A stretch of DNA of 50,785 nt, from contig NW_018408896.1 of assembly GCF_002113885.1 (NCBI RefSeq), positions 2,935,215 to 2,985,999 on the forward strand. The letters run 5' to 3'. Numbering within the stretch: position 1 is the stretch's first letter; the number at the start of each line of letters is the position of its first letter. The notes beneath the pieces are model-generated. The model was not told the origin of the DNA. It made no database searches and saw only the letters and a program-made list of their open reading frames with translations. The position numbers and the translations under genes were made by a program. This DNA comes from Mizuhopecten yessoensis. Lineage: Eukaryota. This document shows, piece after piece, positions 29,201-38,329 of this stretch.

Positions 29201-32200
29201 TTTTGTTTTCATTCAGGTTTCAACCTTGACTTCTTTCCAGATTTAAATGTTCATTATGAGTTACTTTACCTCCTTGATGTAGAGTTTGTTCACTGAGTTC
29301 CAGAGGTTGTTAAGGACTCTAGCACCAAACAGTTCTAGGCCTGATACAAGGGGCTTGTCTTCTGCCACCCCTCCCCAGTGACATGGATACCCCTCATACA
29401 CTTCCAAGCCACTGTTTCGTATCCTTGTTTTCAGGTCGGCCATTTTGTTTTTACACTCAGCGTTCTCAGCAACAAAGTCAGATGTGAATTCTGCAGGAAT
29501 GTCCCTACAAAAGATGTAGAAAAGAGATTTTTTTCTTTTTCTTGATACCATATTCATGTCATTGTAAATGAACTTTTTTTAAAACATCTATTTATAAGGC
29601 TGTTAATCTGTGAATGCCCAGTAACAGAATAGAATATATGATTAGGTGCACCTTAATCAATATTTACAAAATGTTTCAATTCATGAGATCATGTTTACCA
29701 ATTAACTTAACTGATAAACAGTTTATACAAGATACCAAAACATATCGACAGTATTTATTTTAAGTAAAATGGCAGTGTGGTACTATTCCTACTATTTCTG
29801 TTGTATTATTCAAATATAATCAGAAGATACTAAAAACAGTGGTGTAGAGGTAATCAAACATACACCATAGAGAAGGTATATTAACACACTTACGTTTCAA
29901 ACTGGCTGTCCCTGAGAAAGAAGAAGGCGGACTGTTGAGCCTCCTGTGGCTGACTCAGGGCTCCGGCGTACATTTCCATCTCTGTGACAGACAGCCCAGG
30001 TTTGCTGTCTCTGACCCAGTCATACTCGGCTGTATCTGGGACGACATACTTCTCCGGTATCCAGCCGTAACGCTCTCCCAGGATTCCAAGGAACAGGTTA
30101 CACTGTTTTACCTCGGAGAGACACAGCTCCATGGTCCTGGAGATATCAAAACAAAAATTGTTAAAATAACCACCTTTTTTTCCATCCAACTCTTTAATTG
30201 AAAATTCTTGTTGTTTATTGAAAACTCTGTACTGGTTTAACTCATTTACCCCTACATTTTTAAAATCCTTCATTTTTAAAATGGACTTGCTCAGTCTTTG
30301 ATTTGGTAAGGTTCAAATGTGACTTTAGGGATGAATAAGTTAAAGGTGTTCAATGTTAATTGAGATTTTTTTTGATCTACAAAAAGGTTCTGTTTATAAA
30401 TGATGTTAGAGAAAATAGGATGGAAATATAAAATGTGTCCAGTACAACAGTGTAAAACAATATTGACTTAAGAAATACTGTCAGTTGTATCAAAAAACAA
30501 GATCTACTGTATCATAAATGTGAGGTTCTCACAATAAAAATTGTACCAAATATACACTGGTATTAAACATATACCAGATTCAAATGTTAAGTTTATAAAA
30601 CACTGATCTACCTGTTTGTCTTTGTGTCTTTCTCCGTCACTCCCCATCGGAGATCCACTTCATATACATTAATGAAGTGTTTCTTGGCAAGGGCACGTAA
30701 CTCTGGGAATATGTTCCTGGTGAGAATGTCTCTCTCGCCATGCATGTCGCGGAATGTTGAGGAGATGAACACTCGGATGGTTTTCCAGCTGTAAAGATAT
30801 ATTATGTTTGTTTAAGAGCCACAAACAGCCTCAGATAAACACAGTTGAAGTTTGTCTTATATCTTAGAGCATAGATCAATGAAATGAATTTAATTTTAAT
30901 TGATGATGTTGTACCCGAGTTCTGTCTTTCTTTACCTCGGGGAGTTAGAGACCACGGCCAGTGGTTTGGCAGGATTGACCAATTTGGGTTTGTTTCCCCT
31001 GTCTGCTGATGTGGTTGGCATGGGTCGAAGGTCAAATGCTTCGTCTATCTTCTCTACATGTCTCAGCTGTCCTCCTTCACCTCTCTCTGCTATAAACCTG
31101 TAACACATCAAATGGTGGATCAGAAAATAGCAATATACCCTGGTACCCTCTCTAATTATTATACACCTGTAACACATCAAATGGTGGATCAGAAAATAGC
31201 AATATACTCGCTACCCTCTCTAATTACTATAAACCTGCAACACATCAAATGGTGGATCAGAAAATATTCAAATACCCTCTTTAATAACTATGAACCTGGT
31301 GATACTGAAGATTGATTAGGTTCAGTTTATCTGATTTAATGTTCTGTTTACAGCTAAGGTCATTTAAGGTGCATCTCCATTTGTGTAAGCATGTTTGGCT
31401 GGTATATGTTGGTGTATTTGCTACCTTGTGTTAGCACCGATCTGATGCCAACTTTAAGAGTGCTACTGCACTGAAATATTATACTGAAGGAACTCTGGAC
31501 AATATTCCTCCAATTCACATTGTACTGAAGATAAGTAAACCAGCAGTTTTGTGAGAAAAGAACACTTTCAACACATTGTTATATTATGTCTTACCCGAGT
31601 ATCTGGTCGCTGTAACCAGATATGTAGTGGTATGTAGCCTTACCTGAGTATCTGTTGTTGTAACCAGATATGTAGTGTTATGTAGTCCTACTTGAGTATC
31701 TGTTGTTGTAACCAGATATGTAATGTTATGTAGCCTTACCCGAGTATCTGGTCGCTGTAACCAGATATGTAGTGGTATGTAGCCTTACTTGAGTATCTGT
31801 TGTTGTAACCAGATATGTAATGTTATGTAGCCTTACCCGAGTATCTGGTCGCTGTAACCAGATATGTAGTGGTATGTAGCCTTACTTGAGTATCTGTTGT
31901 TGTAACCAGATATGTAATGTTATGTAGCCTTACCCGAGTATCTGGTCGCTGTAACCAGATATGTAGTGGTATGTAGCCTTACTTGAGTATCTGTTGTTGT
32001 AACCAGATATGTAATGTTATGTAGCCTTACCCGAGTATCTGGTCGCTGTAACCAGATATGTAGTGGTATGTAGCCTTACTTGAGTATCTGTTGTTGTAAC
32101 CAGATATGTAATGTTATGTAGCCTTACCTGAGTATCTGGTCACTGTAACCAGCTATGTAGTGTTATGTAGTCTTACCTGAGTATCTGTTGCTGTAACCAG

Positions 32201-35200
32201 CTATGTAGTGTTATGTAGCCTTACCTGAGTATCTAGTTGCTGTAACCAGATATGTAGTGTTATGTAGCCTTACCCGAGTATCTAGTTGCTGTAACCAGCT
32301 ATGTAGTGTTATGTAGGCTTACCTGAGTATCTGTTGCTGTAACCAGATATGTAGTGTTATGCAGCCTTACCTGAGTATCTGTTGATGTAACCAGATATGT
32401 AATGTTATGTAGCCTTACCTGAGTATCTGGTCACTGTAACCAGATATGTAGTGTTATGTAGCCTTACCTGAGTATCTGGTCGCTGTAACCAGATATTTAG
32501 TGTTATGTAGCCTTACCCGAGTATCTACTCGCTGTAACCAGATATGTAGTGTTATGTAGTCTTACCTGAGTATCTGTTGATGTAACCAGATATGTAGTGT
32601 TATGTAGCCTTACCTGAGTATCAGGCCCCACTTGTATAAAACATCTCAACTCTTGAGATTTCCTCAAGCCTAAAATTTCACATAGACAATGCATTACTTG
32701 AGATTTTCCTCAACTTTGAGATGTTTTATACAAGTGGCCACTGGTCACTGTAACCAGAAATGTAATGTTATGCAGCCTTATCCGAGTATCTAGTTGCTGT
32801 AACCAGTTATGTAGTGTTATGTAGCCTTACCTGAGTATCTGTTGCTGTAACCAGATCTGTAGTGTTATGTAGCCTTACCTGAGTATCTGTTGCTGTAACC
32901 AGATATGTAGTGTTATGTAGCCTTACCTGAGCATCTGGTCGCTGTAACCAGATATGTAGTGTTATGTAGCCTTACCTAAGTATCTGGTCGCTGTAACCAG
33001 ATATGTAGTGTTATGTAGTCTTACCTGAGTATCTAGTTGATGTAACCAGATATGTAATGTTATGTAGCCTTACCTGAGTATCTGGTCGCTGTAACCAGAT
33101 ATGTAAATGTCATTGTCGTGCTCGGGAGTGATACTTTCTGAGAACCTACAAACCAGACAAAGAAAAAAATTAAATTCTTTTTTGAACATTTTGGAACTTT
33201 ACAAAATTGCTGTTTCTGTCAGTCAATATTATGTTTTATTACAAAAACTTAATTTAGACCGAATGAAAATATTTACCTAAAATGAAGCTTTATACTCTTT
33301 TAAAATATAAAATTGTTTCATAAAAAAACCACAAGTTAGGATATCAGACTAGTTTCCCCACCATTTCTGATTTACTTACCCATTATTCACGATTTAAAAC
33401 CAACAATTCCTTATTTGATTACCCACAATTCCTTATTACTTTACTCCACATTTCATGATTAACTTACCCACAATTCCTTATTAATTTACTCCACATTTCA
33501 TGATTAACTTACCCACAATTTCTGCCGGCAAATGAAATGTTGACATACAGCAGGTTGGGGTTTACAATTTCTCTGTATTTCTTCAAAAATGTTGAGAGAT
33601 ATTGCTGCTGGGTAGGTACATTATCCCCACCGCTCAGGAAGATCAAGTTGTCAACCTGTACAACACAAAGATGTCAGCGTGTCAATAGTACAAGTATAGG
33701 TAAACGAGATGTTAGGTCGCCAGTGTAAATAGAAAGATGCCAGGTTGTCAATGTGAACACAAATATGTCAAGTTTTCAATGTATGGTGAACACAAAGACG
33801 GCAGATTGTCAACAGAAACACAAAAATGTCATTTTATCATAGATACACAAAAATATCATGTTGTCGACAAAAACACAAAAATATCATGTTGTCAAGATAT
33901 GGTGTCGTGTTGTCAGCCTAGCTAGACCAAGAAAGGTCAGGTTTCAAGTTGTCACTCAGAAACACCAAAATACTATACTAAGAAGTTTTAAGTATCAGGA
34001 ATTACAATTAAACAAAATACTGAACATGATTATTATTTCTGTGTAAACTGTCCCTGTGGGTGTCCCCTTAGGGTATTTTATGTTACCTACCTGAATTCTG
34101 TCCCTCAGAGCATCGGACAATATCTTGTGTGGCAACATGAAAGGCAGAGACTCCGAATTCTTCACCTCAGCATTTAGCAGCTGTAATTAAAACAGAGAAA
34201 AGTTATATTAATGATGTACAGAAATTCTCTTTCAAAGATATTTACAATTTAGTAGGTCTCACATAATCAAAATTAAAATTCGAAGTTTTTGTTTAGGATT
34301 TTAAGTATCTCACAAACACTAACAGTTAAACTCTTCTGCTGGTGGCATTGAAGATAGGTTGTAAGGATTTAACTATCTTAAGATAATATTTAGACAGATT
34401 TATACATGATATCTTCGTTTTTGCTCTTTTGTCATATAAAACCTCACAGAAAAGGTGTTGGAAAGTTAGTAATGATAACAAGCAAAAGAAACACAGTACG
34501 TGAGCCTTACAGTCGATGGGTCGAGGACTACATCCATGTTCTCCAGAATGGTGCCCGACTTGAGCTGGACGTTGAAATAAGTGTTGGGTGTAAAAGCTAC
34601 CAGATCACACTCCTCACACGAATATTTGCACATCAAGCCGAGCAGGACTGCAACCTCCTTCATCTGCAACCAATTTAAATTTTAAGGTAAAAAGGTCTAA
34701 TAACAGTTAAATATTATAAAACAAGCAATTCGGATTGATATGTCTCGCCTGTGCACCGCTTTGACCATCAATAAACATATCGGTGAAATAAAATCAATTT
34801 AGACACCATTTGAAATGAAACTAACTTAAATGCAAAAACTTAATGTTGATGGAGATGCTGACATAGTCAATGGACCATGAAAGGTAGGCCATATCCAGCA
34901 TTTGATACATAGATTGAGATGTACTACCTAAGATGCATCTATGGCCCAAGTTTGGTTGGTCTAGCACCTATACTTTCAGTGAAACTAACTTAAAAACTTA
35001 ATGTTGATGCCTCCTCCGCCGCCAAAGGAAAACCTTAGTCTTGCTTCCACTTCTTCGTGGCGGCGAGACAAAAAGCAGGCTAGCTAACAGCAATTATCTA
35101 CTGTATACACAAGTCAAAATGTCACATATCAATACATTAAAATACTTAAAAAATAGTACCTGTCTAGGTTTGCCCAATCCCCTGGCTGCAGTACAATTGA

Positions 35201-37926
35201 CCTCCATGCTGGGTCCAATGTCACACAGGACAATAGTTCGTCCCCTAATTGGCTGAACATTGTAGGTTGTGGCGATCTTCACTGATTTATCAAGGGCTTT
35301 CTTGTACCTTGCAATCAGTTGCTTGTCAAATTGCGTTTCCCTGTAATGTAGAAAGTGGAGATAAAGTAAGGAACTAATAAGACACCATCACATTTCCTTT
35401 AGAAATTACCACTTTAGCCATCTAACTTAATTTGTGCATTTCTGAGTGATTAAATTCATGAGTTGTCTTCGAAATAAACTCTAAAATAAACATGTCAGTT
35501 TTTACTCACATCCTGAAAAGAAATTTAAGAGAACATGAAATATTTTTTCTGGTATAACTGGAAACACGTGACATCAGGGTGTCAAAACAATATTCAGTAC
35601 ACTGTACCTCCAAAACAATACCCAGTACACTGTACCTCCAAAACAATACTCAGTACACTGTACCTCCAAAACAATATCCAGTACACTGTACCTCCAAAAC
35701 AATACTCGGTACACTGTACCTTCAAAACAATACCCAGTACACTGTACCTCCAAAACAATACTCAGTACACTGTACCTCGAAAACAGTACTCAGTACACTG
35801 TACCTCCAAAAAAAAAATACTTGGTACAATATAATAATGAACACCCTAAGACTCTTTGTTATTGATAAGAAGTGGTTTAAAGACTTTAACAAATTAAGAT
35901 TCCTGTGACCTAGAAAGCGGGTCAAGGTCATCCACTTTATAACACTTCTTATCCCTTCATCAAATCATGCTACTTGCCGAATATCGTGACTAGGCCTTTT
36001 GGTTATCCATGAGCAGTCATTTATTACAGTTTGATGCCAGATGAAGGCAGGTGAGCAAATCCTTATCAATATTTCCCTTGAATCTTATAAAGTCTGGTTG
36101 AAGTATACATACTGTGGTGCATTGTTTTTATTTTTTTTCTTATCCAGCCACCACATTTCAGGGTTGGTCTTCTTGGCCCCACGACCACTACCTCTGGCCC
36201 CACGACTGCTACCTCTGGTCCCACGACCGCTACCCCTTCCACGTCCTTGTGTTTCAGAAGGGTCTAGTTGATTGGTTGCAGCCTCTGCCGCCTCCACTAT
36301 ATCAGATTCTGGTAAAACAAGGTCATACAAGATCATGGTTCCATTTTTTTTTAACAACCATCGATCAATGTGAAATTTAATAAAAAAAAAATCACCAAAA
36401 CAAGGATTGGTTTTGTATCAGGATACAAAACAAGAAATAATTTCGTAACAAGATAAAGAAGTGTTTTAAATATATCTATGTTTTCATTCAGACAATAATA
36501 AAAAGTTGAAAACAACTGATTAAGAAATGTATGAGGATAAGGCTACAGGCTTTGAGTCTGAGAGTCTATTTAGGTTACCAAACTGTTTGACTTGAATCAT
36601 TCACCCCTGAAATTTCATAATGAACTATTCCAAGCTTTGAATTGGAAGAGTTCAAATGTATCTCCAGGGGTAAATGAGATAATAAAACTTCAAACAAAAC
36701 AAAAAATTAAATGGTTATTTTGTTCACACTTCAAATGATTCTTTTCATGGCAATTGATTTTTTTAATATTTAAAAATGTTTTTTGTTTTATGTTTAATTT
36801 ATAAATTTCACCATCTTGGAAAAGATAAAAAAACACCATGTTGCTAACAGTGTCTGATATTATTGCCTTTCAGCCCTTTCAACAATCTTGAGTTCCAATA
36901 CTTACGACTTTTCTCATAGTCCTTTTCTAAATTTCCTAGAACTTCATAGGCAGAAAAGAACCTGAATGGAAACTGCTTGCTGTTCACAACTTGTTTCTAC
37001 AAACAAAATTGCAATCAGAATAAGAAATTTTATGAAATACTTAATGTTTATTCAACAATCAATTTACTATTTTCACGTTGAAATAATGCGTGGCGAACCA
37101 CAACACTTACCATTGATAATTCCATATTCTGTAAAACAGCCCACTCCCTTCTCAATGTATTTTACAATGATATATCCCTATTCAGTAATAGACCCATATT
37201 CTGGTATCAGATGATTTAAACCGTGACTGACCCATATTCAGTAATGAGCCCAGCCCTTATATTAGATGATTTTACTGGTGAATGACCCATATTCAGTAAT
37301 AAGACCAACCCCTTTGTAGCAGATTTTTCCAGTGATAAGTCCATGTTCAGTAATGAACTTGCCCTTCTTATCAAAAGGACTAATTAAAAGTACATGAGCA
37401 GAGAGTGAATTAAAGTAACATCTATATGTTAAATTTATTCACCACATTTAAGAACAATTGATTATCAATTATCACTCTTTTTTATAGTTGTTGCTATTAT
37501 ATTTAGTAGTACTACTTGCTGTATATATGTTATAAATATAAACTATAGCAAAATATAAAAAAATAAATTATTTATTCAATGCCTTCGCTAGGAGTCGAAC
37601 CCGGGCCTTCTGGCTTACTAGTCTTACACTCTACAGAATGTGCTAAAGAGAAATTCTCCCTAGCCGAGTCGGTAGGAAGCGGCTAGTATTTTACCAGGGT
37701 GATAAAACCGTGACATAAAGCAAATATTTCCTATTTAATAGTAAGTGATTTACAGTTATATTCTCAACCATCTGTCCGCTTTCTGATATGAAACAGAAAT
37801 AAGGAAATATACAAACCTCGTTAGTCAATCTGTGAAGGATGTTTGTGTGGTGTTTTTCAGATATCCCAGCCTTGATCACGTTCCGCAGGTTCCTCAGCAT
37901 GGCCATAAAGGGGAGCTTATTATGGT
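11152..37926 (-). CDS. TEP1: Locus span of a large multi-exon gene encoding a TEP1-like protein (TROVE + DUF4062 + NACHT NTPase + many WD40 repeats). Span only: more than 35 exons, with the 5' end (above 37926) and 3' end (below 11152) unresolved.
   Basis: Minus-strand ORF fragments in colinear order. TROVE/Ro60-like exons at 37.9, 36.9, 35.2, 34.6, 34.1 and 33.6 kb. DUF4062 ([16 protein letters not shown]...[16 protein letters not shown]) at 30.7/30.0 kb. NACHT P-loop GKPGSGKS at 28.8 kb and Walker [10 protein letters not shown] at 27.4 kb. At least 20 WD40-type exons run from 22.1 down to 11.2 kb (GH...WD, 'DxxVKVW' motifs). The last resolved exon, 11152-11259, ends at a gtaagt donor, so the gene continues 3'. 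Confidence 0.7.
12571..12660. mobile_element. Foldback MITE, family copy 2 (TIR TTAACTCATTCACCCCTGAA)
   Basis: ttaactcattcacccctgaa...cttcagggtgaatgagttaa; perfect ~20-bp TIRs. In a TEP1-like intron. Confidence 0.65.
12746..12830. repeat. 2 x 42-bp tandem duplication (gataacatatatattggacatcagacattttcac)
   Basis: Direct reading. Confidence 0.8.
13139..13410. repeat. Intronic minisatellite, ~60-bp unit x ~5 (acacaggcacactgttgagagaaaatatatatacatttaaccgtga)
   Basis: Direct reading. Generates the overlapping minus 'ORFs' 13135-13326 and part of 12981-13226. Confidence 0.8.
15296..15370. repeat. 3 x 20-bp tandem repeat (gagaatctgattacgtgtcg)
   Basis: Direct reading. Confidence 0.8.
15571..15792. 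repeat. 3 x ~66-bp tandem repeat (aaacaaaaatagtactggataaggagcacagtacaatcaggaaatggcaacgaccttttaggctggggta)
   Basis: Direct reading. Explains the repetitive 141-aa ORF 15341-15766. Confidence 0.8.
15893..16032. repeat. ~17-bp minisatellite (gttataagttaaggata)n, ~8 copies
   Basis: Direct reading. Confidence 0.75.
16037..16132. mobile_element. Foldback MITE, family copy 3
   Basis: ttaactcattcaaccctgag...caaggttgaatgagttaag. Intronic. Confidence 0.6.
16237..16344 (-). CDS. TEP1: TEP1-like WD40 exon: [36 protein letters not shown]
   Basis: 36 codons, acceptor ttgtag (16346/45), donor gtgaga. '[10 protein letters not shown]' then 'GH'. Confidence 0.6.
16362..16470. repeat. 3 x ~39-bp tandem repeat (acaggtagcataaataacacctgtgggctctattaac)
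   Basis: Direct reading. Confidence 0.8.
17944..18098 (-). CDS. TEP1: TEP1-like WD40 exon: [51 protein letters not shown](R)
   Basis: Acceptor ttttgcag, donor gtacgg. WD40-like 'ATGSED'. Confidence 0.45.
20147..20266 (-). CDS. TEP1: TEP1-like WD40 exon: [40 protein letters not shown]
   Basis: 40 codons exactly, acceptor ccacag, donor gtatgt. Canonical WD40 (GH-x-SV-...-SAS-DG-VKIW). Confidence 0.65.
21152..21301 (-). CDS. TEP1: TEP1-like WD40 exon: (R)[49 protein letters not shown]
   Basis: WD40 pattern GH...ASASWDxTVKVWD. Acceptor ttccag, donor gtgaga. Confidence 0.55.
24200..24330. repeat. 3 x ~46-bp tandem repeat (ggtaaaaataacctgaaaataattaacaatatcaacaaatatgct)
   Basis: Direct reading. 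Confidence 0.8.
25175..25290. repeat. AT microsatellite / (catatatatatgaattc)n, low complexity
   Basis: Direct reading. Confidence 0.8.
27335..27482 (-). CDS. TEP1: TEP1-like exon, NACHT Walker [50 protein letters not shown]
   Basis: Walker B hhhhDGhD (LLVFIDGID). Acceptor tgttccag, donor gtatat. Phase does not join directly to the 27965-28141 exon as drawn, so a micro-exon or an alternative junction is unresolved. Confidence 0.5.
27965..28141 (-). CDS. TEP1: TEP1-like exon (NACHT): [59 protein letters not shown]
   Basis: Only frame 0 is open. Acceptor ttgctag, donor gtaagc. Confidence 0.5.
28767..28949 (-). CDS. TEP1: TEP1-like exon, NACHT P-loop: [61 protein letters not shown]
   Basis: Walker A GKPGSGKS. 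Acceptor tgttacag (28951/50), donor gtaacc (28766/65); 183 nt, phase 0. Confidence 0.65.
29270..29504 (-). CDS. TEP1: TEP1-like exon (pre-NACHT): (T)[78 protein letters not shown]
   Basis: Acceptor ttttgtag, donor gtaaag; phase-consistent (AC|G gives Thr). Confidence 0.55.
29894..30136 (-). CDS. TEP1: TEP1-like exon (DUF4062 continuation): (R)[80 protein letters not shown]
   Basis: Acceptor ctccag, donor gtaagt; phase-consistent with the previous exon (AG|G gives Arg). Confidence 0.6.
30236..30343. mobile_element. Foldback MITE, family copy 4 (more diverged)
   Basis: tttaactcatttaccccta...ctttagggatgaataagttaaa. In the intron just upstream of the DUF4062 exon. Confidence 0.45.
30612..30788 (-). 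CDS. TEP1: TEP1-like exon (DUF4062): [58 protein letters not shown]
   Basis: Acceptor tttacag at 30790/89 and donor gtagat at 30611/10, checked base by base. '[16 protein letters not shown]' is the DUF4062 signature found N-terminal to the NACHT domain in TEP1/NWD1. Confidence 0.6.
31096..31300. repeat. 3 x ~62-bp tandem repeat (cctgtaacacatcaaatggtggatcagaaaatagcaatataccct...)
   Basis: Direct reading. Creates the repetitive plus ORF 31058-31315. Confidence 0.8.
31589..33106. repeat. Satellite array, 49-bp monomer (ccttacctgagtatctggtcgctgtaaccagatatgtagtgttatgtag), ~29 copies, with a 98-bp higher-order unit in its left third; interrupted at 32623-32740
   Basis: Direct reading. At 31700-32100 the alternating variants ('cccgagtatctggtcgc...gtggtatg' / 'cttgagtatctgttgttg...taatgttatg') repeat as exact ~98-bp dimers. 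Confidence 0.85.
32623..32740. mobile_element. Palindromic MITE-like insertion (~118 bp) inside one satellite monomer; TIR ~GGCC(C)CACTTGTATAAAACATCTCAA
   Basis: The monomer 'gagtatc|tggtc' is split by aggccccacttgtataaaacatctcaactcttgagatttcctcaagcc...cttgagattttcctcaactttgagatgttttatacaagtggccac. It has ~24-bp inverted termini plus internal sub-repeats. Confidence 0.55.
33403..33530. repeat. 2 x ~50-bp tandem duplication (ttacccacaattccttatta.tttactccacatttcatgattaac)
   Basis: Direct reading. Confidence 0.75.
33513..33655 (-). CDS. TEP1: TEP1-like exon (TROVE C-terminal part): [48 protein letters not shown]
   Basis: Acceptor tgtacag, donor gtaagt. Aligns with Ro60 'ADVFIVFTDNETFAGG...[20 protein letters not shown]'. 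Confidence 0.5.
34093..34182 (-). CDS. TEP1: TEP1-like exon (TROVE): [30 protein letters not shown]
   Basis: Flanked by ttacag / gtaggt. 'SLPFMLPHK' corresponds to Ro60 'SLPMIWAQK'. Coordinates approximate. Confidence 0.45.
34511..34663 (-). CDS. TEP1: TEP1-like exon (TROVE vWA-like): [51 protein letters not shown]
   Basis: Acceptor ttgcag, donor gtaagg, 153 nt in phase 0. Aligns with Ro60 '[24 protein letters not shown]...'. Confidence 0.55.
35160..35282 (-). CDS. TEP1: TEP1-like exon (TROVE vWA-like, MIDAS motif): [41 protein letters not shown]
   Basis: Codon-by-codon check. A 'DxSxS'-type metal site (CDIGPSM) aligns with Ro60 'LLAVDVSASM'. Donor cag|gtac at 35160; an in-frame stop upstream at 35316-18 forces the acceptor to ~35283. 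Confidence 0.55.
35575..35815. repeat. 30-bp minisatellite x ~8 (tccaaaacaatactcagtacactgtacc)
   Basis: Direct reading. Explains the repetitive plus ORFs 35535-35908. Confidence 0.85.
36591..36682. mobile_element. Foldback MITE, family copy 5 (left TIR degraded: tgaatcattcacccctgaa)
   Basis: ...attcacccctgaaatttcataatgaactattccaagctttgaattggaagagttcaaatgtatctccaggggtaaatgag. Confidence 0.5.
36900..36995 (-). CDS. TEP1: TEP1-like exon (TROVE): ...[30 protein letters not shown]
   Basis: Matches the Ro60 'RIHPFHILIALETYK' region. Boundaries not resolved. Confidence 0.35.
37145..37370. repeat. ~3 diverged copies of a ~60-bp tandem repeat (tgacccatattcagtaatgagcccagccc...)
   Basis: Direct reading. 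Confidence 0.6.
37590..37665 (-). other. tRNA-derived sequence relic (B-box GGTTCGACTCC on minus strand); possible SINE head or tRNA pseudogene, not a foldable canonical tRNA
   Basis: Plus strand 'gagtcgaacccgggcc' is the reverse complement of GGCCCGGGTTCGACTC (T-arm consensus GGTTCGANTCC). I could not build a complete cloverleaf with an acceptor stem by hand. Confidence 0.25.
37817..37926 (-). CDS. TEP1: TEP1-like exon (TROVE domain): ...[33 protein letters not shown]
   Basis: Resembles Ro60/TROVE 'LTALLRNLGKMTA...'. Acceptor ctccag, donor gtttgt. Boundaries approximate. Confidence 0.45.
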
Positions 37927-38329
37927 CTGGAGAACGGAAAAGATTTATCAACATCTTGAGGGAAGATCATCTGAGTACAGTGATGATATTGAGTGAACTT
38001 GCAGTTGTGAGATTGATGACAATAGAGAAATTTAAAGATTTTAAATGTGAGTTAAGAAGTTAATTTGTATATTCTTCCTGTTGGCTATACAGCTATGGTC
38101 AATTGCCTCTTTGAAACTTGCATAGTTTCAGCCTCGCAGGAATCACAATTTGAAGCTGTCATAAATACTCTAATTGAATTTTGCAATGTATTATGTATAC
38201 ACCATCAGTTTGGCAGACTGTTTAAGATTTACAAGTATATAATAACACTTTACCATTTAGATACTCATTAGTAGGTGTTCAAATCCAAAAATTCTGTTGA
38301 GATTGAGATTATAAAAAATTGAGGTTACA

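Noticed and set aside
30943-31088. Possible additional 5' exon of the TEP1-like gene ([54 protein letters not shown]) with ttacag / gtaaag flanks
   Set aside because: It abuts the 62-bp tandem repeat (31096-31300) and I could not establish phase continuity with the DUF4062 exon or similarity to TEP1; left unannotated pending transcript evidence.
35535-35931. Plus ORFs 35535-35834 / 35579-35908 and minus 35722-35931
   Set aside because: Repeat peptides ([16 protein letters not shown]...) arising from the 30-bp minisatellite at 35575-35815.
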